Notes: generated from the sequence alone by a model not told the origin. A stretch of DNA of 64,000 bases from Heterodontus francisci (GCF_036365525.1 NC_090410.1:9088861-9152860); one strand, 5' to 3'. Counted from the first letter of the stretch, positions 12,590 through 25,725 are shown. A program made the numbers and translations.

Positions 12590-12860
12590 TCAACAACAAC
12601 TTGTATTTATATAGCGCCTTTAACGTCATAAAATGTCCCAAGGCATTCACAGGAACATTTAAAAAACAAAATATGACACAGAGACACATAAGGTGATCTT
12701 AGGGCTAATGACCAAAAGGTTGGTCAAAGTGGTAGGTTTTAAGGGGTGTCTTAAAAGGAGGAAAGTGAGGTCGAGAGGCAGGAGGTTTAGGGAGGGAATT
12801 CCTGAGCTTAGGGCCCAGGCAGCTGAAAGCACGGCCGCCAATGGTGGAGCGATTAAAATC
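12590..12860 (-). mobile_element. L2-type LINE 3' end
   Basis: The + strand reads (CAA)n CTTGTATTTATATAGCGCCTTT followed by the conserved L2 3' region. Confidence 0.72.
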
Positions 12861-12870
12861 TACAGCCTTC

Positions 12871-13221
12871 TTAGTTTAGTTTAGAGATACAGCACTGAAA
12901 CAGGCCCTTCGGCCCACCGAGTCTGTGCCGACCATCAACCACCCACTTATACTAATCCTACACTAATCCCATATCCCTACCACATCCCCACCTGTCCCTG
13001 TATTTCCCTACCACCTACCTATACTAGGGGCAATTTATAATGGCCAATTAACCTATCAACCTGCAAATCTTTGGCATGTGGGAGGAAACCGGAGCACCCG
13101 GAGGAAACCCACGCAGACACAGGGAGAACTTGCAAACTCCACACAGGCAGTACCCAGAATTGAACCTGGGTCGCTGGAGCTGTGAGGCTGCAGTGCTAAC
13201 CACTGCGCCACTGTGCCGCCC
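12871..13221 (-). mobile_element. HE1-type V-SINE
   Basis: tRNA head GGGCGGCACAGTGGCGCAGTGGTTAGCACTG...GGTTCAATTC, V-domain GGTTTCCTCCGGGTGCTCCGGTTTCCTCCCAC, CR1/HER1 tail GGGCCGAAGGGCCTGTTTCAGTGCTGTATCTC(TAAAC)n. Confidence 0.9.
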
Positions 13222-13619
13222 ACTGACTCATATGTGAAAGTGTTACCCACAGTGACACTGTCATGTAAAATTCTAAGTCTTCCTCTTTCAGATGCTGGCT
13301 GGCTGTCTCGCTGTATGTTTTCAGCACTTTCTGTATTTACTCCAGCTTTGCAGTGTTCACACTTTCTCCTTATCTCTGATATATGAACACGGTGTCTCAA
13401 GGCACTCAGTCTTGGAACAGAATACGTCACCATTACCTAAGCCTGCTGTAATCCGAAGCATTTTTTGCCAACCAAGCATGTAGGCTAACAGACACATTGT
13501 GGCTTTAAAGTGTATTGTTACACTGGCTGTGCAAAAATTAAGTTATATTTTATGCAAGTTCTGCCGTTGTTGTCTTTGCACTGTTACATTTTATTCTGAT
13601 TCTGCTGCATCCTGCTGCA

Positions 13620-16566
13620 GTCGAAGGGGGTCGAGGTCAAGGAGGATCTCCAAGAGGTGAAGAGCCAGCAGGCCTCACTCTTTGCCACGGAGGCCTCCAA
13701 GATCATCATCTGGTCCAGAGTCCCGCTCTGTGGAGCAGGATGAGACATGCCCGTGCTTCTTCTTCCAAAAGGTACACACAGAGAGCTCTGTGATCAGCAG
13801 CCTGAAGGAAGAGGACGGCTCAGTAACGTCATCGCAGGACATACTAAGCATCAGCAAATCCTTTTATGCCGGGCTGTATGACATGAAGCCCACGAACAGC
13901 AGAGCCTCCCAGTCCTTCCTGTCCTCTATCACAGAGGTCTTAGATGACAGTACACTTGAGAATCTGGACAAACAGCTAACACTGAACAAGCTGACAAAGG
14001 CCTTCAGGTCCTTCGAGACCAGTAAAACTCCCAGAAGCGACGGCTTACCGGTTGAGTTGTATTCGACTCTGTGGGACTGGATCGGCCCAGACCTGCAGTA
14101 AGTGTACGAGGGTATGCTTCTAGACGGCAGCTTGTCAGAATCCATGAGGAAAGGCATCATCACCCTCATCTACAAGCGGAAGGGGAAGAGGGAGGAAATC
14201 AGAAATTGACGGCCCATCTCACTGCTCAATCTAGACTACAAGATTCTGTCCAAAGTCATCGCCAGTCGGGTCAAGTCTGATCTGCAGTTGGTGATTCACC
14301 CTGACCAGACTTGCACTGTACCCGGCAGGAAGATCTCCGATAGTCTTGCGTTACTCAGGGATACGATAGCCTATGTACGGGACAGGAGGGTGGACACCTG
14401 CCTCATCAGCTTGGACCAGGAGAAGGCTTTTGACAGGATATCGCACACCTACATGATGAACGTGCTTTCCAAAATGGGGTTTGGGGAGGGAATCAAAAAT
14501 TGGATCAAACTGCTCTACACAAAGATCAATCAGCAGTCTCAATCAATGGGTGGGAATCAGAAAGCTTCCCGATCAAATCTGGAGTCAGACAGGGCTGTCC
14601 TCTCTCCCCTGTCTTATTTGTTTCCTGTATCGAACCTTTTGCCGAGTCCATTAGGAAGGATACAGGCATAAGAGGGGCGACAATCCCAGGCAGCGGAGGC
14701 ACTCAGGTCAAAGCCTCCCAGTACATGGACGACGTCGCTGTCTTCTGCTCAGATCCGCTGTCCGTTTGCAGACTGATGAGCATCTTCGACCAGCTCGAAC
14801 TGGCCTCGGGAGCCAAACTAAATCACGGCAAGAGTGAGGCCATGTTCTTTAGGAACTGGGCTGACCAATTCTTTGTCCCCTTCACTGTCAGGATGACCTG
14901 AAGGTGCTGGGGATATGGTTCAGAGGGGCCGGGGTGTGCACTAAAAACTGGAAGGAGCGAGTAGCCTTGGTGAAACGGAAACTGGTCATGTGGGAGAAGC
15001 GCTCTCAGTGTTGCTGTATGAGGCACAGGTCTGGCCCATACCCTGCTCCTGCGCTGTGGCAGTACCCAAGCCATCTTCCGCTTTATCTGGAGATCGAAAG
15101 TGGACTGTGTCCTCAGGGAGACGATGTTCAAACATCTGGATATAGGGGCCTTTTTGTGCGGCTGCATCAAACTGTGCGTAGAGCCCCAGTATGCAAACAC
15201 TATGTGTCACTACGTGTTGAGGTTCTATAGGTCCCTGGTGTTTAGTTTAGAGTTTAGAGATACAGCACTGAAACAGGCCCTTCGGTCCACCATGGTCGGT
15301 CCACTGTGCCGACCATCAACCACCCATTTATACTTATCCTACACTAATCCCATATTCCTACCACATCCCCCCCTGTCCCTATATTTCCCAACCACCTACC
15401 TATACTAGGGGCAATTTATAATGGCCAATTTACCTACCAACCTGCAAGTCTTTTGGCTTGTGGGAGGAAACCGGAGCACCCGGAGGAAACCCACACAGAC
15501 ACAGGGAGAACTTGCAAACTCCACACAGGCAGTGCCCAGAATTGAACCCGGGTCGCTGGAGCTGTGAGGCTGCGGTGCTAACCACTGCGCCCCTGTGCCG
15601 CCCCTGTGTTGCGAAGGATGGGTCTGGTCACATTGCCACGTAACGCTCCATCCAGTTGGACTGTGCTGTACTACCTATCCTTCGTGGAATAGTTTGTGCA
15701 GAAAAACACCTTTGACCACCAATCCATCAGGCAGTGGTCTGCACAGAATGTCCTCAAGGCCTAAGGGAAAAGGAGATAGTGGACCCTGTCAGATAGTTCC
15801 CCGAGCAGACTGTCAAAGTCATTTGGCGGAATGCCTCATCACCAGAACTTTCAAACAAGCACCAAGACGTAGCTTGGCTGGTGGTGAGAAGGGCCCTCCC
15901 CGTCAGATCCTTCCTGCATGCCTGGAGTCTCACCCCCTCCGCATGCTGCCCTCGAAGTGGCTGTGGTGGGGAAAGACAGTTGCCCACCTCCTTCTGGAAT
16001 GTGCCTTTGCAAAGCAGGTCTGGAAAGAGATGCAGCGGTTTTTGTCGAGGTTCATCCCAAGCAGATCTGTAACACAGGAGTCTGTGCTCTACGGGCTCTT
16101 CCCAGGGACGCACACCGAGACAAACATCAACTGCTGCTGGAGGAACATCAGCTCCGAGAAAGCCGCTCTTTGGTCTGCCTGAAACCTGCTGGTCTTCCAG
16201 TACAAAGAGCGGTCCACGACCGAGTGTTGCAGACTGGCACATTGCAATGTCCAGGACTACATGTTGAAGGATGCACTAAAGCCTGGGGCAGCCGCCACAG
16301 AGGCTCAATGGGGAAAGGCTGCTCCCGCAATAGTATACTGAGGAGCAGGAAACCATGTAAAACTCCTCAGGCTGTATGCACCAGAGAATGTTTTTGCAAT
16401 GTAATGCAAATGTACATTGTATATAAAATGGAACAGCAAGAGTTGTGAGGCACCTCACGTTCTGTATCGAAAGAAACTGATCTTTATTGCACTTTCTGAA
16501 ATGTCCAATTTGAATTGTTTTGTAATTAATTTTTTATGAATAAAGTATATTTTTGGGGGGAAAAAT
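13620..16566 (+). mobile_element. Tx1-type (L1 clade) retrotransposon, 5'-truncated degenerate ORF2 plus 3' UTR, interrupted by an HE1 SINE
   Basis: KTPRSDGLPVELY, IHPDQTCTVPGR, LDQEKAFDRISH, GVRQGCPLSP and QYMDD motifs; C-terminal CP..GC...TVAHLLLECAFAKQVW zinc motif; ends AATAAAGTATATTTTTGGGGGGAAAAA. Confidence 0.9.
15241..15604 (-). mobile_element. HE1-type V-SINE nested in the Tx1 element
   Basis: Same head, V-domain and tail as 12871-13221. Tx1 sequence resumes on both sides. Confidence 0.9.
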
Positions 16567-16737
16567 TACTGATTTACACTGCAGATACCCTGTACTAGTG
16601 AGGAATACATTCATGCTTCCTCTTTCTACATGTAGAAGGATGGCCTGTCTACAGGCCTCAGTTCCTCCCCTCTTGTCGGAAAGATCTTTCTGTTACCAGC
16701 TGCCTGAGCTCCAAGGGGTGTTTTTATTTTATTTTGT

Positions 16738-17037
16738 TATTTAGGGATACAGCACCGAAACAGGCCCTTCGGCCCACTGAGTCTGTGCCGACCAACAACC
16801 ACCCATTTATACTAACCCTACAGTAATCCCATATTCCCTAACACCTACACTAGGGGCAATTTACAACAGCCAATTTACCTATCAACCTGCAAGTCTTTGG
16901 TGGTAGGAGGAAACCGGAGCACCCGGCGAAAACCCACGCGGTCACAGGGAGAACTTGCAAACTCCGCACAGGTAGTACCCAGAATTGAACCCGGATCCCT
17001 GGAGCTGTGAGGCTGCGGTGCTAACCACTGCGCCACT
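16738..17037 (-). mobile_element. HE1-type V-SINE
   Basis: V-domain and HER1 tail. Confidence 0.88.
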
Positions 17038-17134
17038 CATATGAAATGCATGCACACGTGATTCCATTCACTAAACAGGAACCGCAGAGGAGATAAAATG
17101 GTAAATGCCCAGTTGAATTACCTATTTCAAACAG

Positions 17135-17460
17135 TTACATTGAGTTACATCAGATTTAACAGCAAAGGTTAGGCATTTTTATGCCCCACACGAGCCTCCT
17201 CCCACCTTACTCTAACCCTATCATATCCTTCTATGCCTTTCTCCCTCATGTACTTATTTAGTTTCCCCTCATTTGCCTCAACCACTCCATATGGTAGCGA
17301 GTTCCACATTTTAGCCGCTCTCTGGGTAAGGAAGTTTCTCCTCAATTCTTCATTGAATTTATTAGTGACTGTCTTATATTTATGGTCCCTAGTTTCCAAT
17401 GCCTCCACAAGAGGAAACATCATTACGTCTGTGCTATCAAACCTTCATAGTCTTAAAGGC
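17135..17460 (-). mobile_element. CR1 LINE 3' fragment
   Basis: ORF 17169-17423 resembles the CR1 ORF2 C-terminus (RRNFLTQRAAKMWNSLP). Confidence 0.75.
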
Positions 17461-17496
17461 ATTCTGAGGAGGTGAAAGGCAGGATGCAAATGCAAA

Positions 17497-17833
17497 GTTT
17501 AGTTTAGAGATACAGCGCTGAAACGGGCCCTTCGGCCCACCGAGTCTGTGCCGACCATCAACCACCCATTTATACTAATTCCTACCCTAATTCCATATTC
17601 CTACCACATCCTCACCTGTCCCTATATTTCCCTACCACCTACTTGTACTAGGGGCAATTTATAAGGGCCAATTAACCTATCACCCTGCAAGTCTTTGGCA
17701 TGTGGGAGGAAACCGGAGCACCCGGAGGAAACCCACACAGACACAGGGAGAACTTGCAAACTCCACACAGGCAGTACCCAGAATTGAACCCGGGTCGCTG
17801 GAGCTGTGAGGCTGCGGTGCTAACCACTGTGCC
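17497..17833 (-). mobile_element. HE1-type V-SINE
   Basis: V-domain and HER1 tail. Confidence 0.88.
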
Positions 17834-18124
17834 TATAATCCAGGTGGACAGAAGCCAACTAAATACCCCCGGAGCAGATTACACAGCCTGGACAAGTGGT
17901 TGGAGCTTCTCACCCATCGTAAGTGACACTGGGTTGGCCTGGGTTCGGGGGGAGGTTGCAAAAGGTAAATGGGGACTACATCTCCCAACATGTTTTGTGT
18001 CAAATTGGTTTAGTTTTTTTTAATTAAAAAAAAATTACACTCTTTATAATCGTTTACAACGGCCTGTTGGTGAAGTAATGTCTGAAATTACTCGAGTGGA
18101 TCAATAAGGATTAGGCCTTGTCTT

Positions 18125-18291
18125 CATGATCCAATCAGTGGACTACAATTCCCAGAAGGCATTGCGAACGGGACCCAACGTGCCCCGCCCTCTCCTGTAC
18201 GTCATGACGTTTTGAGGCACGTACGTCGCCAGGAAGTGGGGATTAAATGGCCTGAATGGAGGAGAGGAGCAGTGCAGGAGGACAGGTAAAC
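18125..18291 (+). promoter_or_regulatory. Housekeeping promoter and first non-coding exon (probably fbxo46)
   Basis: CCAAT (18131-18135), extended ZNF143 motif GACTACAATTCCCAGAAGGCATTGCG (18141-18166), GC box CCCCGCCC (18183-18190), CRE-like ACGTCATGACGT (about 18199-18210), ETS CAGGAAGTG (18230-18238) and donor CAG|GTAAAC at 18285/18286. Confidence 0.75.
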
Positions 18292-18654
18292 ACCTCACCT
18301 GTTATACCTGGGCATTGGAGATAAGAGAGACAGTTACAAACTGTGCCTTATTTTAGAGGAGGGTGAAGGAAATATCAATGCAGAAAGATTAAATTATCAT
18401 TAAGGAGAAAATTGAGATTGTGTTAAGTTAGACTGTATGTAAATAACATAGTCACAATTGGACTTGCCCTGAGCAACTCTTAACTTCGATGGGCATCTTA
18501 GTGGGAAAAGCATTTTAAACCTTTTGCGTTGCCTAACACCTCATGCTCGTCATGGTAACGCTGCTAACTGCTGCCAGCTGACTCAATACCAACTGTAATC
18601 AGGCCTGAGATCTTCCTGTACTGTGTGGCTCTGCTACGTGCTGCATAAGCTATT

Positions 18655-18900
18655 GAAAGAAATATTTTCGCCTATACAACACCTTTCACCACCTCGGGAT
18701 GTCCCAAAGCGCCTGGCAGCCAATGAAATCCTTTTGAAGTCACTGTTGTAATGTCGATGTGGCAGCCTGTTTGTGCACAGCAAGCTCCCACACACGGCAA
18801 TTAGATATTGACCAGATCATCAGATTTAGTGATGTTGGTTAAGGGGTAATTAATGGGCAGAACACCGGGGAGAACTTCCCTGCTCTTCTTTGAAATACTC
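18655..18900 (-). mobile_element. DeuSINE 3' half
   Basis: Deu core motifs. Confidence 0.7.
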
Positions 18901-18904
18901 TCAA

Positions 18905-19160
18905 GGGATCTGGCATACTCCCGGGAACCCCCTGCAAATACTGAGGTGCTCCTGGCCATCCTCTGCAAATACTGACCCATCCCCAGGGACCCCTTTCAAA
19001 TATTGACACAGTCGCAGGGATTGCCTGTAAATAATGACACACACCCTGGGGTCGCATGTAAATACTGATGCACTCCCAAGGACTCCCTGTAAATACTGGC
19101 ATACCCCCGGGGACCCCCTCTAAATACTGACACACTCCAGGCAAATACCCCCCCACAGCC
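18905..19160. repeat. Degenerate 31-bp minisatellite (about 8 units)
   Basis: AAATA[CT]TG-like anchor recurs at 18936, 18967, 18998, 19029, 19060, 19091 and 19122. Confidence 0.8.
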
Positions 19161-19924
19161 CCATCCTATCTTAACCTCCAAAAGACACTCAAGCTGCCCG
19201 AAGGAAAACAACAGTATCACTGCCAAAGCTGTCTTTTTATTCATGTACAGCAACAGAAGTAATGTTCGTTTGAGTCAACAAATACAGAAAAACTATAATG
19301 GAGAGCATTGACCCCGTCGAGAATCTGGCATCAGTTTGCAGGCTCCAGGATTCCCAGTTGGAAATGTGTTGGTGAAATCCATATTCTGACTCGCTTGGAA
19401 AATTGACATCAGGATGTTGAATCAGAGAAGACTGCCCTTTTTACACCCATTGTTCAGCTCTGCTGTGCTCTGTGAAACAGTAATGGGTGTGGAAGAATGG
19501 GCATAGGGTTGGATAATGAGTGGAGGAGACTATTGGAGGAAAAACTTGTGAGAGAGCCCATAGTTCCTGCGGTGTGGGGTAAAACAGTCTGAGTTAATGG
19601 AACAAGAGTCAAGAGGGTAATCATTCTAGCCCGGATGGATGGATGAATGTAAGAGGAGGTTACATAGCTCTGGATACATAGCTGAGGTGGCAGGTGGAAT
19701 GACAAGAGATTGTTTAGAAGTGTATAATTCCACAACCTGTATACCGAAGTGTTTGAAAGTTGGGTGCCAGAGATGCAGGATATAGCAAGGACATCACAGG
19801 GGAACCAGACTGGTTTCTTGGATTAGACGAGCTTTCAAGGTGATGGATCATTTGAGAGATAACAGCAGCACCTATATGCTTAGAAAGTACCAATGTGAGG
19901 GCAGTGCAGTGGGAACTAGGTATC

Positions 19925-20360
19925 CAGCTGTGGCTCACTGCAGGGCTCTCTTGCCTCTGGGGCAGAAGGTTGTGGGTTCAAGTCTGTCTCGCGATTTCAG
20001 CACATAATCTAGGCTGGCACTCCCAGTGCCAGTACTGAGCGAGTACTGCACTGTTGGAAGCCTCCTTTCATATGAGATGTTAAACCAAGGCCCGGTCTGC
20101 CCTCTCGTATGGCTGTAAAAGATCCCATGATACTATTTCGAAAAAGAACAAGACATTTCTCCCAGGGGCCAATATTTATCCCTCAACCAACAGCACTAAA
20201 ACAAATGATCTAGTTATTATAACATTGCTGTATGTAGGACCTTACTGTGTGCAAATTGGCTGAGGCATTTCCTGCACTACGACAGTGTCTGCACTTCAAA
20301 ATGCTCTGGAACGTCCTGAGGTTGTGACAGGTGCTATATAAATGCAAATCTTTCCTTCAT
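19925..20360 (+). mobile_element. DeuSINE copy (near full length)
   Basis: Head GTGGCTCAC...GGGTTCAAGTC, Deu core, tail GGTGCTATATAAATGCAAATC. Confidence 0.8.
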
Positions 20361-21199
20361 AGCAATAGAGTGAGCATGAACAAGTTACTGAAGAAACAGT
20401 GGACTCGGAGTGAGAGATGGTATAGTACTTCAATAAATTCAGAAGCACACATGTTCAGGGTATAAGATACCATCAGGACCAGAGATATTACTGGAGTCCA
20501 GGGAGTGTGAGGACCCAACAGATATGGCAGCAATAAATCTAATGAAAGGAGGTTATTTGCCTAAATCATTCAGATTAGTCACAGAAGAGAAATGGGCAGT
20601 AAATAAAATAACTGATACCCGGGAGTGAATTGCAGGCTGGAATTTGAACGAGGCGTTTATATAACAAATAACGAACACCCAGTCTTGAATCTAATAAGGA
20701 CAGTGAACTTCTATACTAAAAGGTCATTGACAGGGGAACAGACACAGACTGGAAAGCATCCTCCCTTCCCCAAGGCTAGGGAGTCTGTGGGTGGGAATCA
20801 GTGGTGGTTCCTGCTCCTCTCCAACTGTCCTTGGCTCGAAAGTGCACATGTAGGGGCATTCAGTAAGAGCAGTATTAGGTTCAACTGCAATACCCTCCCC
20901 ACCCCCCCACCCCCCGCCCCCCAACGGAAAAATAGCATGCTGATGCATACTGTCTGGGCCCGACATAAAGAGTGCGCACGTGGAGATGCTTGCACTCCAG
21001 GGCTATGAGATAAAGATTCTGCATGGATTTTTTAAAAAAAGAATCTTGTTCTTCGTCTTTCTGTTGGACATGCTGTTCATGCCCAGTTGGTAGAATGCAA
21101 TCTGCAGTTCCCTTGCAAAACTCCCATCTATTAATAGACAAGATTCAGAGCTGACCTTGGAATCACTAGCCTGTATCCAACGTTCAACAACAACCGAAG

Positions 21200-21625
21200 C
21201 CTGCATTTATATAGTGCCTTTCATAACCTTGGAACGTCCCAAAGTGCTTCACAGCCAATGAAGTACTTTTGAAGTGTAGTCACTGTTGTAATATAGAAAA
21301 CACAGCAGCCAGTGTGCACACAGCAAGATCCCACAAACAGCAATGTGATCATGACCAGATAATCTGTACTTAGCGATGGTGGTTGAGGGATAAATGTTGG
21401 CCAGGCCACCGGGGAGAACTCCCCTGATCTTCTTCAAAATAGTGCCACGGGAACTTTTACTTCGACCCGAGAGAGAAGGTGGGGCCTTGGTTTAATTTCT
21501 TATCCGAAAAATAGCACCTCTGACAGTGCAGCACTCCCTCAGTACTGCACTGGAAGTGTCAGCCTAGATTTTGAGCTCAAGACTTGAGCTCAAGACTTGA
21601 ACCCACGACCTTTTGACTCAAAATT
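21200..21625 (-). mobile_element. DeuSINE copy
   Basis: Deu core and tail. Confidence 0.8.
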
Positions 21626-21859
21626 GAAAAGTGTCACTAGAAGGTCTTCCCTCCCCTCAAAAATAACTTCTCCAAATCCGAGGGACAGATCAGCCTGGGA
21701 TCACCCTCCTCACCTGTGCAGATGCAGCTTTTGACCGTGATGCGCTCCCCATGGTCGAATAGTCAGCCGAATATTCACCGTCTGAAAAGTGGACGACCCG
21801 ATTGGAGTGCGCCGGGCGCCTATCAAACCCGCGACACAACGAGAGACAAGCCTTCAGCA

Positions 21860-22145
21860 GTCCAACACACTTTTCAAATGAGGTGTTAAACTCTCAGATA
21901 GATATTAATGACCCCATTGCACTATTCATTAAAGAGAAAGGAGGGTTATCCCCAGTGTCCTGGCCAATATTTATCCCGCTACTGACATCAGTAAAAAAAA
22001 TAAGCTATTATTGCATTGCTGTTTGTGGGATCTTGCTGTGTGCAAACTGGCTGCCGTGTTTCCTACAATACAACAGTGACTACACTTCAAAAGTACTGCG
22101 ATAGCTGTAAAGCGTGAAAGGCGCTATATAAATGTAAGTCTTTCT
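21860..22145 (+). mobile_element. DeuSINE copy (partial)
   Basis: Deu core and tail. Confidence 0.72.
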
Positions 22146-24631
22146 ATTTTAAAAATAAAGCCTCCTTTTTCCGCTGGTGCGGGAGTCCAGGACAAGGGGA
22201 CGAATCAGAGCCAGGATATTCGGAAGGAATTTCGGAAACATTTGTTCACGCAAAGGAATGTGGATCTCTCTCCCGCGAAACGCAGCAATTGCACGCTCAA
22301 TTAATAATCTTGAAATCGAAAAGATTTTAATGGGCAAGTGTATTAAGGGGATATGGAGCGAAGGCCTGTAAATGGAGTTCAGATACAGATCAGCCATGAT
22401 CTGATTGAATGTCGCAACAGGCCGAAGGGGCTGAATGGCCTCCTCCGGTTCCTATATTCGCCGCATTGTGTTTACACTTGGCGTAACAGGAGGCCTGTCT
22501 GGGCAGGAATGGGTTAACTCTCCTATCCCATTCACTCCACAGTCTGTAGCTATGTTGAGCCTCTTATTCTTCCTAACAGGCCCTGGCAGATCAGAGTAAC
22601 TCTGCCGTCCATATATAGACATGCCGTGAATTCTGGCTCATGATAGGCTCTTGGTCTCTCGCAAGTGTCTGTCAACAAATGGCCTACCTCCCTTAGCTTT
22701 GCAGATATTGTTTAACCGAGAAGTATTATTTCAGCTTTCCAAACGCTGAGCCTCCCCAGCCAGTTTCACCTTGAACAGGGAGGGGGGGTGGGGGGAGGGG
22801 AGGGGGGGGAAGGATTTAGAGTTAATTGGAGCTATGTTACGGGATGCAGCTTTCCGCAGAATCTGAATCATTTCTTTCTCTCCTGCTAATCTCTGAGTGA
22901 GACCTTCCCACTTGTGGCCTGCAGCAGATGGCGAAGCAGGGGACTAGATTAGCAGCAACACTGGACAGGAGGCACAGTACTCTGCTACCTGCTTCTTTGT
23001 GATGAAGGTAAGAGGGGAGACTGGGGAGTCACTGAAAACAGCCTGCGAGTTAATTCAAGAAGAGAACAGCTTTTGTTGAGTCCCGAATTTAATATTCTAT
23101 TGCTACTAGGGACCGTAACCCGTCTCTGGAGCTGAGTGTTGTGGGATGCTTAACTCAAGTCCCTTTCCAGACCTGTCGTGTGGGGTGAGACCCCCCCCCC
23201 CCACCGCCCGCCCGCCCGCCCCCCCCCTCCTGAGGTTGATTAGAATAAAATGTCACTTGTTTTCAATGTGTCTTGTTCCTTAGTGCAAGCCCAGCTCAGT
23301 GTGTTTTACCTGACTTTCTATTATCTGATCCTTCAGTAGCCCTGCTGTTGGCATCTTTCCCTATGGCACAGCCCGGACTCGGTAACTCGGGTCTGCTACC
23401 CCATTCAGTGTGCACGAGCCTGCGGATGGACGCAGAGCAAGGAACCTGGACTTTCTCCTCACTTTCCCCTTCTGAGGGACTCCACATAACATAGTGATTC
23501 CGGTTAGACTTTCTTCAGGTAAACATCTTAACATTGGCACACCACTAGGAAAACTGGGTTAAACACGCTGTCAATCGCTCCTAGATAAAGGAAGATAAAG
23601 CCGATGTAATTCTTTGATGCAATGTGCTTCACCTCACTGTTATTTTTTTTTTTACTTACATTGATAAGCCTAAATGAAAGGCTCAATCTCCCAGTGCAGG
23701 GCACACTGCAGCTGAAGGGAAGGCTAGTGGGGTAGGTGCTGCCAGCCAAGCTTGGGTTTTAGAGGTTGTAAGAGGAACGGGGGAACTGGGAGCGGCATCA
23801 TTACAGCACTAAGGTCCTGGGGACGCAGTACTGGCATGAGGGGGAGGCTAAATGTGGCATAACATTGAATTATTGTAATTGATCCACCCAGGACAGTGAC
23901 TAGAGTCTGTGTCGTAGGCCGTGACTGTGCTTTGAGGCTGAGCTTGCAAAATGGCCCCTTCGTCCTGGGTTGCCAACAGATCAATAAATGCGACTGATAT
24001 CGAATGGTGTTGCGGGGGGTGGGGGGGGGTCAGTAGTAAAAATGCAACCCTTTTCTACCTTGTGGAAGACAATAAGCATACTTTAAGTATCTCCCACACA
24101 GTGGCTCTATTGCACTGACTTCCCACACTGGTTTGCAGTCAGTGTTATTTACATTGCCTGAGAGGTTGAAGTTTGCAGCTGGAGATAAACAGGGTCCACC
24201 AACCCAACCAATGCACCCCCCCCCCCCTCCCTCCCCCTTGTGATACAAAGCAGAAAGGCCCAGCTTCAACCTCTGGTCTCTGCTGAGTCAGCAGCTTAGA
24301 GAGCCTCTGCACCAGGGTTCCAGCTCCTAATTATTATCCCCTTGACCACACTGCCTCCAACAGGAGTCAGGCCCTGGGGAACTGCCCCCCCCCCCCACCC
24401 CCCACCTCCACCCAACAGGAGTCAGGGCCTACAGGCGAGGAGAGAAAACTATGTTTAGAACTTCACAGCAGTCAGTATGAAGGCGAATCATACAGACTCC
24501 AAGCCACAGCAGATTTTGCAGAGTGTCCACACCAGATGCAGAGTGCTCTCAGTCTGTGTCCCCATGCAAATCATATCCCTGGAGTGTGGCTCATACTCCT
24601 TGGACAATCCAGGGAAGCAATGTGTGCGATA

Positions 24632-25240
24632 GTTATAGAGTCATAGAGTCGTACAGCATAGAAACAGGCCCTTTGGCCCACCGCGTCCATGCCAACCATA
24701 ATGGATATCTATACTAATCCCACCTGCCTGCATTAACTCCATATCCCTCTATGCCTTGCTCATTCAAGTACCTGTCCAGATGCCTTTTAAATGTCGCTAC
24801 TGTTCCTGCCTCCACCACCACCTTCTCAGGCAGCTCATTCCAGATACCCACGATTCTTCGTGTGAAAAATTTACCCCTTTGATCCCCTTTAAACCTCCTC
24901 CCTCTCACATTAAATCTATGCCCTCTAGTTTTAGTCACCCCTACCATGGGAAACAGACTTTGGCTATCAACCCTATCTATGCCTCTCATAATTTTATATA
25001 CCTCGATCATGTCCCCTCTCAGCCTCCTTCGCTCCAGGGAAAACAGACCCAGCCTATTCAATCTCTCTTTATAACTCAAGCCCTCCAAACCAGGCAACAT
25101 CCTTGTAAATCTTTTCTGCACCCTCTCTAGCTTAATCACATCTTTCCAGTAGTGCGGCGACCAGAACTGCACACAGTACTCCAAATGCGGCCTAACCAAC
25201 GTTATGTACAACTGTAACATGACGTCCCAACTTGTTGGGA
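24632..25240 (-). mobile_element. HER1-like CR1 LINE 3' fragment
   Basis: ORF 24714-25376 contains LYITLVRPHLEYCVQFWSP...LERRRLRGDMIEVYKI...WNELP; (CTATGACT)n tail. Confidence 0.9.
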
Positions 25241-25361
25241 CAAGTTGCAGCATCTTCACACTCCCAGCCCTCCTCACCCGACTTCCACACGTAAACGCCA
25301 CGCCCCCCCCCCCCCCCCCCCCCACCCCCAAACCCTCTAGCCAGACTCTTCGATAGCGATC

Positions 25362-25725
25362 AGGAGACGGTGACATAGTGGTAATGTCTCTGGACTAGTA
25401 ATAGAGGCCCAGCCTAACGTCCTGGGGAGACAGGTTCAAATCCCAACACGGCTGGTGGAATTAAAATTTAATAAGTAAAAATCTGGAATTGGAAGCTAGT
25501 TGCAGTTATGATGCCATGATTGTCGTAAAAACCCATCTGGTTCAGTAATGTCCTTTAGGGATGGAAATCTGCCATACTTACATGGTCTGGCCTACATGTG
25601 ACTCCAGGCACACATCAATGTGGCTGACTCTTAACTGCCCCCTGAAATGGCCCAGCAAGCCACTTCAGGGCAATTAGGGATGGGCAACAAATATCTACCA
25701 GTGATGCCCACATCCCATGAAAAAA
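25362..25725 (+). mobile_element. tRNA-headed SINE: head and leader of the 56.4-59.7 kb LINE joined to its 3' tail
   Basis: A box TGACATAGTGG, B box GGTTCAAATCC, body matching 59390-59671 (-), then AGGGCAATTAGGGATGGGCAA...CCCACATCCCATGAA matching 56455-56515 (-). Confidence 0.85.
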
